Shown: positions 37,745-47,603, counted from the first letter of the stretch. The stretch: 64,000 bases of DNA from Chloroflexota bacterium (GCA_043821265.1 JBDRCY010000001.1:2497-66496); one strand, 5' to 3'. The notes: generated from the letters alone by a model not told the origin. A program made the numbers and translations.

Positions 37745-39745
37745 ATGACCGAGTGGTATGGCTGGGCCGGGACTATCCTGGAGGTCAACCTGACCAAGGG
37801 CGAAATTGCCAAAACGCCGCTACCCAGGGAGCTGGCCGCCAAGCATATCGGCGGCGCCGGGCTGGCGGTAAGGATACTCTATGACGAGGTTGAGCTCGGT
37901 ACCGACCCCCTGGGGCCGGATAATATACTCCTGATAGCTCAGGGGCCGCTTAGCGGCACTACGGCGCCATCGAGCGGGCGCTATGAAATCGTTACCCTAA
38001 GCCCGCAGACGGGCATCTATCTGCGCACCAACGGCGGCGGTTTCTTCGGCCCGGAGATGAAGTGGGCCGGTTACGACCTCATCATCTTCCGGGGGCAATC
38101 GAAAAAGCCGGTCTATCTGTGGATAGACGATGACCGGGTGGATCTGAGGGATGCTTCACATCTCTGGGGCAAGGATACCTGGGTGACCCAGGACATGATT
38201 CGTAAGGAGCTGGGCGATGCGGAGATACAGACCCTTAAGATAGGCCCCTCTGGAGAGAACCTGGGTCTTTCCGCCTGTGTTGTCGGTGACCTGGGACGAG
38301 CGGCGGGCAGGGGTGGTATCGGCACCGTATGGGGTTCCAAGAAGCTGAAGGCGGTAGCGGTGCGGGGGACGAAGGGGGTAAATATCGCCCGCCCCGATGA
38401 GTTCCTGGAGTTATGCCTTAAGATGACCGGGGGGATTGAGAGCGACCCCATGTACCCGGTGACCAGCCGATACGGCAGTATGGGTTTTGTTTCCGATACC
38501 ACCCTGAAATCGGGCTTCACTTTACCCTTTGACCCCAACCGGCTGCTATCGACGGAGCTGTGGAAGGAGGGATACTGGGATAAGAGCCTGGCCTGCTTCG
38601 GCTGCCCCATTCACTGCGACCACTGGTATTCGGTCAAGGAGGGCAAATACAAGGGTACGGTGGGCACCGGCCCGGAGGGCGATGGCATTATCTACGGTGC
38701 CTATCTCTTCCGCATCGGCGACCCCGCCTTCGACCTCACCGTTAATACCCTGTGTAACAAGCTCGGCCTCCACGTGTGTAATCCCGGTACTGCCATCAAC
38801 TGGGCCATGCAGCTGTGGGAGGACGGCATCATCACCAAGGAGGATACCGACGGTATCGAGATGACATGGGGTAATGAGGAAGCGGTGCTGGAGATGATAA
38901 GGAAGATAGCCTGTCGGGAGGGCTTCGGCGCTATCCTGGACGGTTATCCCCTGAAGGCGGCGGCCCAGCTGGGACGCGGTTCCGAGAAGTATATCAGCCA
39001 TAATAAAGGGATGACGGCGCGTGGATTCGGCGTCTATAACGGGGTGGAAATGACCCTGGGGCTGGCCACCTCCACACGGGGGTTCGACCACCTGGTGGGC
39101 ATGCCCATCTTTGCCAAGCTGGTGGGGTCGGCCAGTTCCCTGAAGGCGCTGAATAAGCCCATGTTCCCCGGCATGGATGACCCGCAGGGTATTTTAGGGC
39201 CGATAGCCAAATTCGGGGAGGAGCGTTACGGCGACGAGCGCTTAACGTCGCAGAACTGGTGGGCTACCCCGCGTAAGGCACAACTGGTGTATGATACGGA
39301 GCAGGTCTGTGCCATCAGCGATTCCACCGGCGTCTGCAAGTTTGCCACCCAGTTCGTCTTCTTCACCTCGGGCTATCACCTGGAGGAGTTCGCCAGCCTC
39401 TTATCGGCGGCTACCGGCATTGATTTTACCCCCGAGACACTGGGCGAGGCCGCCGAGCGGGAGATGCTCCTGGAGAGGGCTTTCAATGCCAGGGAGGGCA
39501 TAAGGCGATTGGACGACTACCCCTACGGCTACTACTGGCAGAAGAAGTATGGCCAGGTCCATCCGCGCTGTAAGGAGATGCCCTTCCCCATCTCGCTTGA
39601 GGAATATGACCGGGTGCTCGATGAGTATTATCGCCTGCACGGTTGCGACCTTGAGACCGGCATCCCCAACCGAGCAAGGTTAGCTGAGCTGGGGCTCGAC
39701 GACGTGGCCGATGACCTGAAAAGACGGGGGATACTCCTCGCTTAA
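37745..39745 (+). CDS. Aldehyde:ferredoxin oxidoreductase family (tungstopterin) enzyme
   Basis: 666 aa. The N-terminal ...GTILEVNLTKGEI...IGGAGLAVRILYDE... pattern is typical of AOR. CFGCPIHC (CxxCxxxC) cluster ligands. Confidence 0.9.
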   Translation: MTEWYGWAGTILEVNLTKGEIAKTPLPRELAAKHIGGAGLAVRILYDEVELGTDPLGPDNILLIAQGPLSGTTAPSSGRYEIVTLSPQTGIYLRTNGGGFFGPEMKWAGYDLIIFRGQSKKPVYLWIDDDRVDLRDASHLWGKDTWVTQDMIRKELGDAEIQTLKIGPSGENLGLSACVVGDLGRAAGRGGIGTVWGSKKLKAVAVRGTKGVNIARPDEFLELCLKMTGGIESDPMYPVTSRYGSMGFVSDTTLKSGFTLPFDPNRLLSTELWKEGYWDKSLACFGCPIHCDHWYSVKEGKYKGTVGTGPEGDGIIYGAYLFRIGDPAFDLTVNTLCNKLGLHVCNPGTAINWAMQLWEDGIITKEDTDGIEMTWGNEEAVLEMIRKIACREGFGAILDGYPLKAAAQLGRGSEKYISHNKGMTARGFGVYNGVEMTLGLATSTRGFDHLVGMPIFAKLVGSASSLKALNKPMFPGMDDPQGILGPIAKFGEERYGDERLTSQNWWATPRKAQLVYDTEQVCAISDSTGVCKFATQFVFFTSGYHLEEFASLLSAATGIDFTPETLGEAAEREMLLERAFNAREGIRRLDDYPYGYYWQKKYGQVHPRCKEMPFPISLEEYDRVLDEYYRLHGCDLETGIPNRARLAELGLDDVADDLKRRGILLA

Positions 39746-39777
39746 AAGTGATACCGGTGGGGCAGGTGCATTTCCCC

Positions 39778-39806
39778 CCGGCCAAAATCGTTGCTTTTTT
39801 GGCCGG
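39778..39806 (+). terminator. Hairpin downstream of the AOR gene
   Basis: ccggccaaaa-N9-ttttggccgg, a perfect 10-bp stem. The trailing U-tract is weak. Confidence 0.5.
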
Positions 39807-39869
39807 CTGTGTTACAATTGTGGCAGCATTCCACATCAGGCTAAAGCATGTTTATCGGGGGGCCTTAGT

Positions 39870-41465
39870 GTGATTACCAAAGACGAGGTGATGGCCGGCG
39901 GCAACGCGGAGCATATCTGGCAGAAGTACTGCGGTTTCCTGGAGCTTTCCCTGGAGGAATACATGGAGCTGCAGGAGTACCTGTTGATGGAGCAGATAGA
40001 CCTGCTCTACGGCAGCCCGGTAGCCGAGAAGCTGATGCCCCGGAAGCCCGAGAGCATCGCCGAGTTCCGCCGGATAGTGCCCCTTACCCGCTATGACGAT
40101 TACGCCGAATATCTTGATAAGCAGGACGATGAGGCACTGCCGGCAAAGCCCTACTGCTGGGCCTGTACCTCGGGCCGGGGAGGGAGATTCAAGTGGGTGC
40201 CCTATACCGAGAGGGGCGCCGAAATGCTGGCCCGGTGCGGCATTGCGGCGCTGATTCTGGCCTGTGCCAATAAGAAGGGTGAGGTCAATATTGGTAACGG
40301 GGTGCGGGCGCTGCACAACATGCCAGCCTCTCCCTATGTGTCGGGGGTGCTGGTTGAGGCTTTGGGCCAGATGATGGACGTCCACCTTATGCCGCCCGTC
40401 GACCCGGATAGCGGCCAGGACTTCCAGGCGAAGATTCAGGCCGGGTTCGGCATGGGGCTGCGCTATGGTGTGGACGTGTTGAGTTCCTTGAGCAGTGTCC
40501 TCCTCACCATGGGTGAGCGTTTTACCGAGGGGCCGGTACAGTTTAAATTCAGCCGGCGACTGCTTTACCCGCCAATACTCTGGCGCCTAGTCCGGGCCAC
40601 GGTGATTGCTAAGAGGAGTGGGCGGCCCATGTTGCCCAAGGACCTGTGGCCTCTCAAGGGAATGCTGGCCTATGGCATGGACACCGATATCTTTAAGGAC
40701 AAGCTGGTACATTACTGGGGGAAGGAACCCTTGGTAACCTACGGGGCAGCCGAATCGGGGACTATTGCCACCCCCGCCTGGAACAAGAAGGCCATGACCT
40801 TTATGCCGCTGTCCTCTTTCCGGGAGTTCATCCCGGAAGCGGAGTGGCTGAAGAGCCGCCAGGACCCTGACTATCAGCCGTCCACGGTGCTCATGGATGA
40901 GCTTCAGGCGGGCCAGCGCTACGAGGTGGTGCTTACCCATTTCTACGGGATGCCCTTCCTCCGCTACCGGATAGGCGACCTGATTAAGATTGTTGCCCTG
41001 GAGGACGAGGAAACAGGCGTCAGGCTGCCGCAGATGGTCTTCGATAGCCGGGCCGATGACCTCATCGATATTGCCGGCTTCGCCCGGATGGATGAGAAGA
41101 CGGTCTGGCAGGCCATCGTCAATACCGGCATAAAGCATACGGACTGGTCGGCCCGCAAGGAATACGAAGGGGACAAGCCGGTTATGCGTCTCTATATCGA
41201 GCTGAAAGAGGAACTGGCGGACGATGAGGTGGCCGAACGGCTGCACCAGGAGTTGGCCAGTCTTAATAGCGACTATAGCGACCTGGAGGGCATGCTGGGC
41301 ATGCGCCCGTTGCGGATAAGCCGGCTGGCCCCCGGCAGCTTCCAGAACTACTACGAGGAGAGGCGGAAGGCGGGGGCTGACCTGGCCCACCTGAAGCCGC
41401 CCCATATGGGGGCCTCCGATGCTATAATAGGGAAGCTGTTGAGCTTGGGTGAGACCGGTAGATAA
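39870..41465 (+). CDS. GH3-family (ANL-superfamily) acyl-acid amido synthetase-like protein
   Basis: 531 aa. ...FRRIVPLTRYDDYAEYL... and CWACTSGRGGRFKWVPYT match the GH3 pattern (..vP.t.Yed.. and .sSGTt.g..K.iP.t). Confidence 0.65.
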   Translation: MITKDEVMAGGNAEHIWQKYCGFLELSLEEYMELQEYLLMEQIDLLYGSPVAEKLMPRKPESIAEFRRIVPLTRYDDYAEYLDKQDDEALPAKPYCWACTSGRGGRFKWVPYTERGAEMLARCGIAALILACANKKGEVNIGNGVRALHNMPASPYVSGVLVEALGQMMDVHLMPPVDPDSGQDFQAKIQAGFGMGLRYGVDVLSSLSSVLLTMGERFTEGPVQFKFSRRLLYPPILWRLVRATVIAKRSGRPMLPKDLWPLKGMLAYGMDTDIFKDKLVHYWGKEPLVTYGAAESGTIATPAWNKKAMTFMPLSSFREFIPEAEWLKSRQDPDYQPSTVLMDELQAGQRYEVVLTHFYGMPFLRYRIGDLIKIVALEDEETGVRLPQMVFDSRADDLIDIAGFARMDEKTVWQAIVNTGIKHTDWSARKEYEGDKPVMRLYIELKEELADDEVAERLHQELASLNSDYSDLEGMLGMRPLRISRLAPGSFQNYYEERRKAGADLAHLKPPHMGASDAIIGKLLSLGETGR

Positions 41466-41474
41466 AGAGAGGCT

Positions 41475-43691
41475 ATGACTGCTTATAGATTGTTACCCTT
41501 AGTTCAGGCTCTCTTCTGCCTGGCACTGATACCGCTGGTGCTGAGGGAGCACTACAAGAGCTTCCTCCATCGCCTGTTCGCTTTCTTCCTCCTGTGTCTG
41601 GTTGCCTGGGGTATTATCGTCTTTGGCATGCGCTCCAGCCCCAATACCGCTTATGCCTTCCGCTGGGACAAGTGGCTGATACCGCTGGCGGAGCTTATGG
41701 TCGTAGTCTTTTTTCATTTCTCCGTCCGCTATACCACCATGCAGGTGAAGAACTGGCTGTTCCCGGTTCTCTATATGATACCGCTTATCTTTATTCCCCT
41801 GACCGGCGCCAATCTGGTCTTTACCGGTATGCAGGTAAAATCCTATGGTTACGCTCCGGTCTTCGGGCCGCTCAATCCGGTGCATATGCTGTTTACCTAC
41901 GGGTTGATGGTGACGGCGCTAGTGAACTTCGTCCGGGGCTATAGGGCGGCTATTTACGCCGAGCAGAGAAGGCGCTTTTTCTATATCATGGTCGGTATCA
42001 GCATCTTCCTGCTGGGGGGCACCTTCGATGTCCTCCCCATACTGGGGCTGCCGCTATATCCCGGCATGATATTCGGTAATATCCTCTTTGGCCTGTTCAC
42101 CTCCGTAGCTATCTTAAAGGACAATATACTGGAGATTCGGGTTATGGTGCGCCGGGGCACGGCCCACCTGGTGACCAGTATGCTGGTGGCTATTCCCTTC
42201 GTGGCCGTCTTCCTGTCCGTCACCATTTTTCATACCGTGGAGTTGCTTCCCTCGTGGGTCTATATAGTTGTCGTCGTGGTACTGGCCCTTATCCTGCCGC
42301 AGCTATGGCGAGTGGTGCAACATGTGGTTGACCGCTGGTTCTACCGCGACCGTTACAATTACCTGGCGGCCCTGGCGGATTTCAGCCGGGACACCCAGAG
42401 CATTACCGACTCTGCCAGCCTGGGGCCTACCGTTGTTAACCTGATGGCCGGGGCGCTGAAGGCGTCCGGCGCTTACCTGCTGCTAGCACAGCCTCTTGAT
42501 GATGATTTTACGGTGGCCGCCTCCGCCGGTGGGGGTAATATGCCCCCGACTATTGTCCTGGGTGGCAGGAGTCCGCTGGCGAAATGGCTCAGGATAGCCG
42601 GTGACATGGTCTTTTACCGGGAGCTTGAGTTTATTCCGGTGCTGCAGGGTGTTATCTATAGGGAAAGTGCTGATATGGGGCGGGCCGGGGTGGAACTTAT
42701 CATTCCCTTAAAGACCAGTGAGGGCTACCTGGTGGGGGTTCTTATGCTGGGGCAAAAGCTGTCGTCTGAGCCATACACCGTTGAAGAGACGAGCTTAATC
42801 AATACCCTGCGCCACCAGATAGCTGTCAAGATGGAGAATGCGCGTCTCTACTACGATGTTCTGGAGACCAGGGAGGGACTGGAGGCCCGTAACCAGCAGC
42901 TGCAGGTGCAGAGTAAGCAACTGATGGCGCAGCAGCAGGAACTCCTGAAGAAGACCGATGAACTGGAAACGGCCAACCGGGCCAAGAGCGAGTTTCTGGC
43001 GGTGATGTCCCATGAATTGCGCACGCCGCTTAATTCCGTTATCGGCTTTTCCGAGTTGATGCTGGATGGCGTTACCGGTGAGATTAACCAGGAGCAGAGA
43101 CAGTGCCTGGACGATATCTTAAGCGGCGGTATGCACCTGTTAAGCCTGATAAGCGATGTCCTTGACCTGTCCAAGGTAGAGGCGGGCAAGATGACACTGG
43201 AGCCGGAGAGCCTGGACCTGGCGGAGGTGGTTGATGATGCGTTGCAGACGGTTAAGCCGCTGCTGGATAAGTACGAGCTTGAGTGCCGGGTCAATATCGC
43301 TGCGGGGTTGCCCCGGGTTCGTGCCGACCGGAGCCGGCTGCGGCAAATCTTGCTCAACCTGCTGAGTAACGCCATCAAGTTTACTCCCGGAGCCGGCAAG
43401 GTGGCTATCGAGGCGGTAAGGGATGACGGCTGCTGCCGGGTCACGGTGACTGATACCGGTATCGGGATTAAGCCGGAGGACAGGGAGCGGATTTTCGATG
43501 CCTTTATTCAGGGGGAAACCCTGCCCGATAGGGTTACCCAGGGCACCGGGCTGGGGCTGGCCCTTACCAGGCATCTGGTCGAGAGCGGCGGTGGCCGCAT
43601 ATGGGTGGAGAGCCAATACGGCCAGGGTAGTAAATTCATCTTTACCCTGCTGCTGGCAGAGGACGGGCCATCTTCCGAGGGTGGGGGTTAG
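41475..43691 (+). CDS. Sensor histidine kinase (N-terminal multi-TM sensor, GAF-like region, coiled coil, HisKA, HATPase_c)
   Basis: 738 aa. About 7 predicted TM helices at the N-terminus. H-box SHELRTPLNS; N/G boxes ...LLSNAIKFT...DTGIGI...GTGLGLAL.... Confidence 0.9.
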   Translation: MTAYRLLPLVQALFCLALIPLVLREHYKSFLHRLFAFFLLCLVAWGIIVFGMRSSPNTAYAFRWDKWLIPLAELMVVVFFHFSVRYTTMQVKNWLFPVLYMIPLIFIPLTGANLVFTGMQVKSYGYAPVFGPLNPVHMLFTYGLMVTALVNFVRGYRAAIYAEQRRRFFYIMVGISIFLLGGTFDVLPILGLPLYPGMIFGNILFGLFTSVAILKDNILEIRVMVRRGTAHLVTSMLVAIPFVAVFLSVTIFHTVELLPSWVYIVVVVVLALILPQLWRVVQHVVDRWFYRDRYNYLAALADFSRDTQSITDSASLGPTVVNLMAGALKASGAYLLLAQPLDDDFTVAASAGGGNMPPTIVLGGRSPLAKWLRIAGDMVFYRELEFIPVLQGVIYRESADMGRAGVELIIPLKTSEGYLVGVLMLGQKLSSEPYTVEETSLINTLRHQIAVKMENARLYYDVLETREGLEARNQQLQVQSKQLMAQQQELLKKTDELETANRAKSEFLAVMSHELRTPLNSVIGFSELMLDGVTGEINQEQRQCLDDILSGGMHLLSLISDVLDLSKVEAGKMTLEPESLDLAEVVDDALQTVKPLLDKYELECRVNIAAGLPRVRADRSRLRQILLNLLSNAIKFTPGAGKVAIEAVRDDGCCRVTVTDTGIGIKPEDRERIFDAFIQGETLPDRVTQGTGLGLALTRHLVESGGGRIWVESQYGQGSKFIFTLLLAEDGPSSEGGG

Positions 43692-43825
43692 GGCTGACCA
43701 CCTGAGAACTAATGTCCTTATCGTCGGGATAGTTCTCCTAGACTGCCTCGGACTTTTAGGGTAATTAATATGGACCGCAATTGGCCGCTAGTCAAGGGAT
43801 GTATAGCAACCGGTTTTTCCTCAGT

Positions 43826-45754
43826 CTAGACCGCATTTCCCGCCAGGAAACCCTCTTCCACTGCCTCCTTGACCTGGCGGGGTGTCAAACAGTTCCCGAC
43901 CTTATAGAGCGCGGGGACTTTACCCTCAAGCTCCCGGGCCAGCCGGTCATCGGCCTTCATGCCCAGGGCCAGCACCACCGAATCGGCGTCGAAGAACACG
44001 GGGCTACCGTTTTTAGTCGCCTTAACGCCGCTTTCGGTTATTGCCTCTACCCTGCTATCGGTCTCCATCCTGATATTGGCCCTGGCTAACCGGTCCAGGA
44101 TTACCCAGCGGTTCCACATGCCGATATCATCACCGATACGGGGCAGCTTTTCCAGAATGGTTACCCTTTTCCCTTTACCGGCGAGGAATTCCGCCGTCTC
44201 GCAGCCGATAAGCCCGCCCCCGGCCACGACCACGTTCTGTCCTACCCCTTTTTCTCCGCTGAGTACGCTTATCGCCGTGGCCACGTTCGGGCCGTCGATG
44301 CCGGGTATATCGGGGACCAGCGGCGTAGCCCCGGTGGCGACGATTACCGCATCGGGTTTGGCTGCGACTACCGTGCTTGCGGTGGCCTCCTCGTTGAGCC
44401 GTACCTCCACATTTAATTTGTCGAGCTGGGCGGCCAGGTATGTCACCAGCCTGAGCCATTTCTCTTTGTAGGGTGGTAGTGCTGCCGTCAGTAGCTCGCC
44501 GCCGAGTCGGTCTCCCCTGGCGATAAGGGTAACCCGGTGCCCCCGGAGGGCCGCCACCCGTGCCGCCTCCATGCCGGCCGGCCCGGCACCGATAACGAGG
44601 ACTCGCCCGGGCTTTTTGGCTAGGGTGATGATGCGCTTCGCCTCCTGGCCGGCCCGTGCGTTGACGGCACAGACTATGGGCTTAAGCTCGGCCATATAGT
44701 CCCAGCAGGTGCAGCAGGTGGTGCACAGGCGGATGTCCTCAAAGTCCTCGCTCCTGGCCTTATTGGGTAGCTCCGGGTCGGCCATCAGGGGCCGGCCCAT
44801 AGCGATGAGGTCGGCCCTGTTTTCGGCCAGCACCTGCTCGGCAAAGCGCGGCTCGTTGATATTGTTACCGGCGGCAACTGGTATATTGACTACCTGCTTA
44901 ATGCCCTCGGCCAGGTGGACAAAGGCGCCGCGGGGGACACACATCTGGTGCCGCGGCACCTTGCTCTCGTACCAGCCGGGCATGATATTCAGGCCGTGTA
45001 TGCCCGCTCTCTCAATGAAGGGGGCCAGCTCCTGGCTATCCTCCAGCTTGAGTCCCCAGGGCATCAGGTCGTCGCCGGGGATGCGGCAGATGAAGGGGAA
45101 ATCCACCCCCACCCGCTTCTTTATGATGGCGATGGTCTCCAGTAGCATGCGGAGGCGATTTGGGAGGCTGCCCCCGTATTCGTCGCTGCGCCGGTTGGTG
45201 TAGGGCGTGATAAAGCGGTTGATGATGTTGCCGGCCTGGCAGGCCAGCTCGATACCGTCGAAGCCGGCGGTAGCTGCACGGGCAGCGGCATCGCCCAGCT
45301 GCTCCTCTATCAGGTGGATCTCTTCTCTGGTAAGCGGCCGGCTGCTGGGTTTTAGGTGCTGTTCGGCGTACTCGGGACGTGCCTCTCCCGATAGTGTGTC
45401 TACTCCGGATGGTGATATGTCCTCGCCGGGGGTGCCCACCCCTCCCTTGGCCCAGTGACTCCAGACGGCTAGGTGGGCAAATACCCGGCCACCGTTATCG
45501 TGGATGGCTTTCGTCCATTGCTTTAGCCGGGGTATGTCATCGTCCTGGTTTATGGTGAGGCGGCTCGGCTCCCTCCGCCCCGGGTACAGGGCCTGGATGC
45601 TGCCCAGGATGATAAGGCCCACCCCGCCCCGGGCAATCTCGGCGTAGAAGTCGGCCAGGCGCTCGTTTCCCTCCACGTCGTAGAGGGTGTTTACTGCCGG
45701 CATGATGATGCGGTTGGGTAGCTCCAGTGCCCCCAGCTTGATGGGTTGAAACAA
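43826..45754 (-). CDS. Old-yellow-enzyme-type NADH:flavin oxidoreductase fused to an FAD/NAD(P)-binding domain (2,4-dienoyl-CoA reductase FadH-like)
   Basis: 642 aa. N-terminal MFQPIKLGALELPNRIIMPA (OYE), central Cys cluster ...CTTCCTCWDY..., and Rossmann motifs VLVIGAGPAGMEAA and VVVAGGGLIGCE. Confidence 0.85.
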   Translation of the reverse strand: MFQPIKLGALELPNRIIMPAVNTLYDVEGNERLADFYAEIARGGVGLIILGSIQALYPGRREPSRLTINQDDDIPRLKQWTKAIHDNGGRVFAHLAVWSHWAKGGVGTPGEDISPSGVDTLSGEARPEYAEQHLKPSSRPLTREEIHLIEEQLGDAAARAATAGFDGIELACQAGNIINRFITPYTNRRSDEYGGSLPNRLRMLLETIAIIKKRVGVDFPFICRIPGDDLMPWGLKLEDSQELAPFIERAGIHGLNIMPGWYESKVPRHQMCVPRGAFVHLAEGIKQVVNIPVAAGNNINEPRFAEQVLAENRADLIAMGRPLMADPELPNKARSEDFEDIRLCTTCCTCWDYMAELKPIVCAVNARAGQEAKRIITLAKKPGRVLVIGAGPAGMEAARVAALRGHRVTLIARGDRLGGELLTAALPPYKEKWLRLVTYLAAQLDKLNVEVRLNEEATASTVVAAKPDAVIVATGATPLVPDIPGIDGPNVATAISVLSGEKGVGQNVVVAGGGLIGCETAEFLAGKGKRVTILEKLPRIGDDIGMWNRWVILDRLARANIRMETDSRVEAITESGVKATKNGSPVFFDADSVVLALGMKADDRLARELEGKVPALYKVGNCLTPRQVKEAVEEGFLAGNAV

Positions 45755-45791
45755 TCTAGCTAGCTTGCTCGTAGGGTTATCCCTCCTTCGT

Positions 45792-46637
45792 TCACTGGGG
45801 TCGGGGTGGCATGCCCAGGAGACGCCTTGAATTGCTGGTGGTAATCCGGCCGACCTCCTCGGCGGTGGTGCCCCACAGCTCGGCTATCTGTGCGGCCACC
45901 TCTCTGATTCGCCCCAGCGGGCGGTCGCCGAACATGCTCTGGGGATAGCGGTCGGTCTCCAGGAGGAGCCGGTCTCTGGGTATTCGCTTGACCACTTCCT
46001 GGAACTTGTTGCTGTCGGGTCGTATCTGGTTCACCTGCTTATGAAATCTTATCGCCGCGGGCAGGTCGCCCTGGGGGGGCAGCAGCAGGAACCCCTCGGA
46101 GAAGTAGAACCCCAGGCCTATCGCTTCGGCCAGCATGTCGCTATCGCCCATGAAGCTATGCAGCACCGCCTTCAGGCCCGGCTGCCTGCGGAGGATATCC
46201 ATCAGGGCCTTGTCGGAGGCGCGGTTGTGGATTATGGCCGGTTTGTTTACCTCCCGGGCTAGTTTGAGCTGCTGGGTCAGGGCCTGCCTTTGCACCGCTT
46301 TCACCTTAGCGTCCGGTACGCCCAGTTCGGGGTGATGCAGGTTGCCCACGAAGTCCAGACCGCACTCGGAGATGGCCACTACCCGCTCCCTTTGGGCCAG
46401 GGACTTTAGCTTTCGGTAGAGGTCATCATCTATGGTGACGGCACGCCAGGGGTGGATGCCTACCGAGGCATAGAAGAGGTCGCTGCTCTCGGCTACCCTT
46501 ACCGAACCCGCCGACGTCTCAAGGTCCATGCCGCAGGTAATGACGAAGTCTATACCCTCTTTGCGGGCCTGCCCGGCCAGTTCGTTGGCCTGGCCGGCGC
46601 TAAGCTCGTGGTAATGGGCGTGACAATCGGCGAACAT
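45792..46637 (-). CDS. TatD family metal-dependent hydrolase (canonical ligands)
   Basis: ATG 46637 is preceded by GGGAGGTGG. MFADCHAHY (HxH), ISECGLDF, IIHNR, VLHSF and LLETD are all present. Confidence 0.8.
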   Translation of the reverse strand: MFADCHAHYHELSAGQANELAGQARKEGIDFVITCGMDLETSAGSVRVAESSDLFYASVGIHPWRAVTIDDDLYRKLKSLAQRERVVAISECGLDFVGNLHHPELGVPDAKVKAVQRQALTQQLKLAREVNKPAIIHNRASDKALMDILRRQPGLKAVLHSFMGDSDMLAEAIGLGFYFSEGFLLLPPQGDLPAAIRFHKQVNQIRPDSNKFQEVVKRIPRDRLLLETDRYPQSMFGDRPLGRIREVAAQIAELWGTTAEEVGRITTSNSRRLLGMPPRPQ

Positions 46638-46675
46638 CGCCACCTCCCTGTGTTTTACCGGGGATAGCCGCTGGC

Positions 46676-47437
46676 TCAACTTTGCAGTATGCGCCTCAGG
46701 TTGTCGGTGCTAATCCGCCCGATTATCTCGGCCGTGGTTCCCCTCAAGATGGCGATTACCTCGGCCACCTTCTTTATATGCCAGGGAAAGCGGGGGGAGA
46801 GGGTGGTTCGAGAGTACATGTGGCTTTCCAGGATGAGCCTATCGGACGGTATTTTCTTCAGTATTTCGGCGAGCCTTTCCTTGTCGGGGGTGGTTTCGGG
46901 GGCCAGCAGGCCGAAGCCTACGGCGAAGTAACAGCCCATGTCCACCGCCTCGGCGAACATGGCCTCATCGCCCCGGAAGGCGTGCAGTATCTTCTTAACG
47001 CCCTTGGTCTGACGCAGGATGTCCATCACCTCTTTTTCCAGCCCGGGGCTGCAGATGATAGCCGGCTTGTCCACCTCCCAGGCCAGCCGGAGTTGCTCGA
47101 TGAAGGCCCGTTGCTGTACCTTGAGGGCCGTGTCGTCCAGCTCATCGGTGTGGTGCATGCCTATCTGGCCGAGGGCCACCACCTCCGGGCTTTCCGCCAG
47201 CGCCCGCAGTTGGTTATAGCGGCCGCTATCTATGACAACGGCTTCCAGGGGGTGGATACCCACTGCCGCGTGGACGATGTCGTAGCTCTTGGCTATTGCT
47301 ACCGCCTCTATTGACGAGCCCAGGTCCATGCTGGCGGTAACGATGAGCTCGATTCCTTCCTGTTTTGACCGCTTGACAATCTCGGCTACTTCGTTAGCCG
47401 TAAACCCCATGAAGTAGGCGTTGCCATCGCTGAACAT
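46676..47437 (-). CDS. TatD-like paralogue with a substituted metal-ligand set
   Basis: 253 aa. MFSDGNAYF (no HxH), LGQIGMHH (E to Q), IICSPG (H to C), ILHAF (H kept) and ILESHMY (D to H). AGGAGG lies upstream of the ATG at 47437. Confidence 0.75.
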   Translation of the reverse strand: MFSDGNAYFMGFTANEVAEIVKRSKQEGIELIVTASMDLGSSIEAVAIAKSYDIVHAAVGIHPLEAVVIDSGRYNQLRALAESPEVVALGQIGMHHTDELDDTALKVQQRAFIEQLRLAWEVDKPAIICSPGLEKEVMDILRQTKGVKKILHAFRGDEAMFAEAVDMGCYFAVGFGLLAPETTPDKERLAEILKKIPSDRLILESHMYSRTTLSPRFPWHIKKVAEVIAILRGTTAEIIGRISTDNLRRILQS

Positions 47438-47603
47438 GGCTACCTCCTGGTCATGTTTTCTGAAGGTGGTCTTTATCTATCATATAGTGTCCCGGCGGGT
47501 TTGACAACCTCTGGATAAGCCCGGTGAGGGCACCTGCGGCACTGGGGCAGGCGTTTGCCCGGTGAGAAAACGGGGGAAATGAGCGTTCGCCTCTCTTAAA
47601 ATA

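Noticed and set aside
45792-46679. TTGA overlap suggesting translational coupling of the two TatD genes
   Set aside because: The downstream gene has a much better start at ATG 46637 (GGGAGGTGG RBS; N-terminus MFADCHAH parallels MFSDGNAY of its paralogue). This leaves a 38-nt gap, so the overlap is an artefact of ORF extension.
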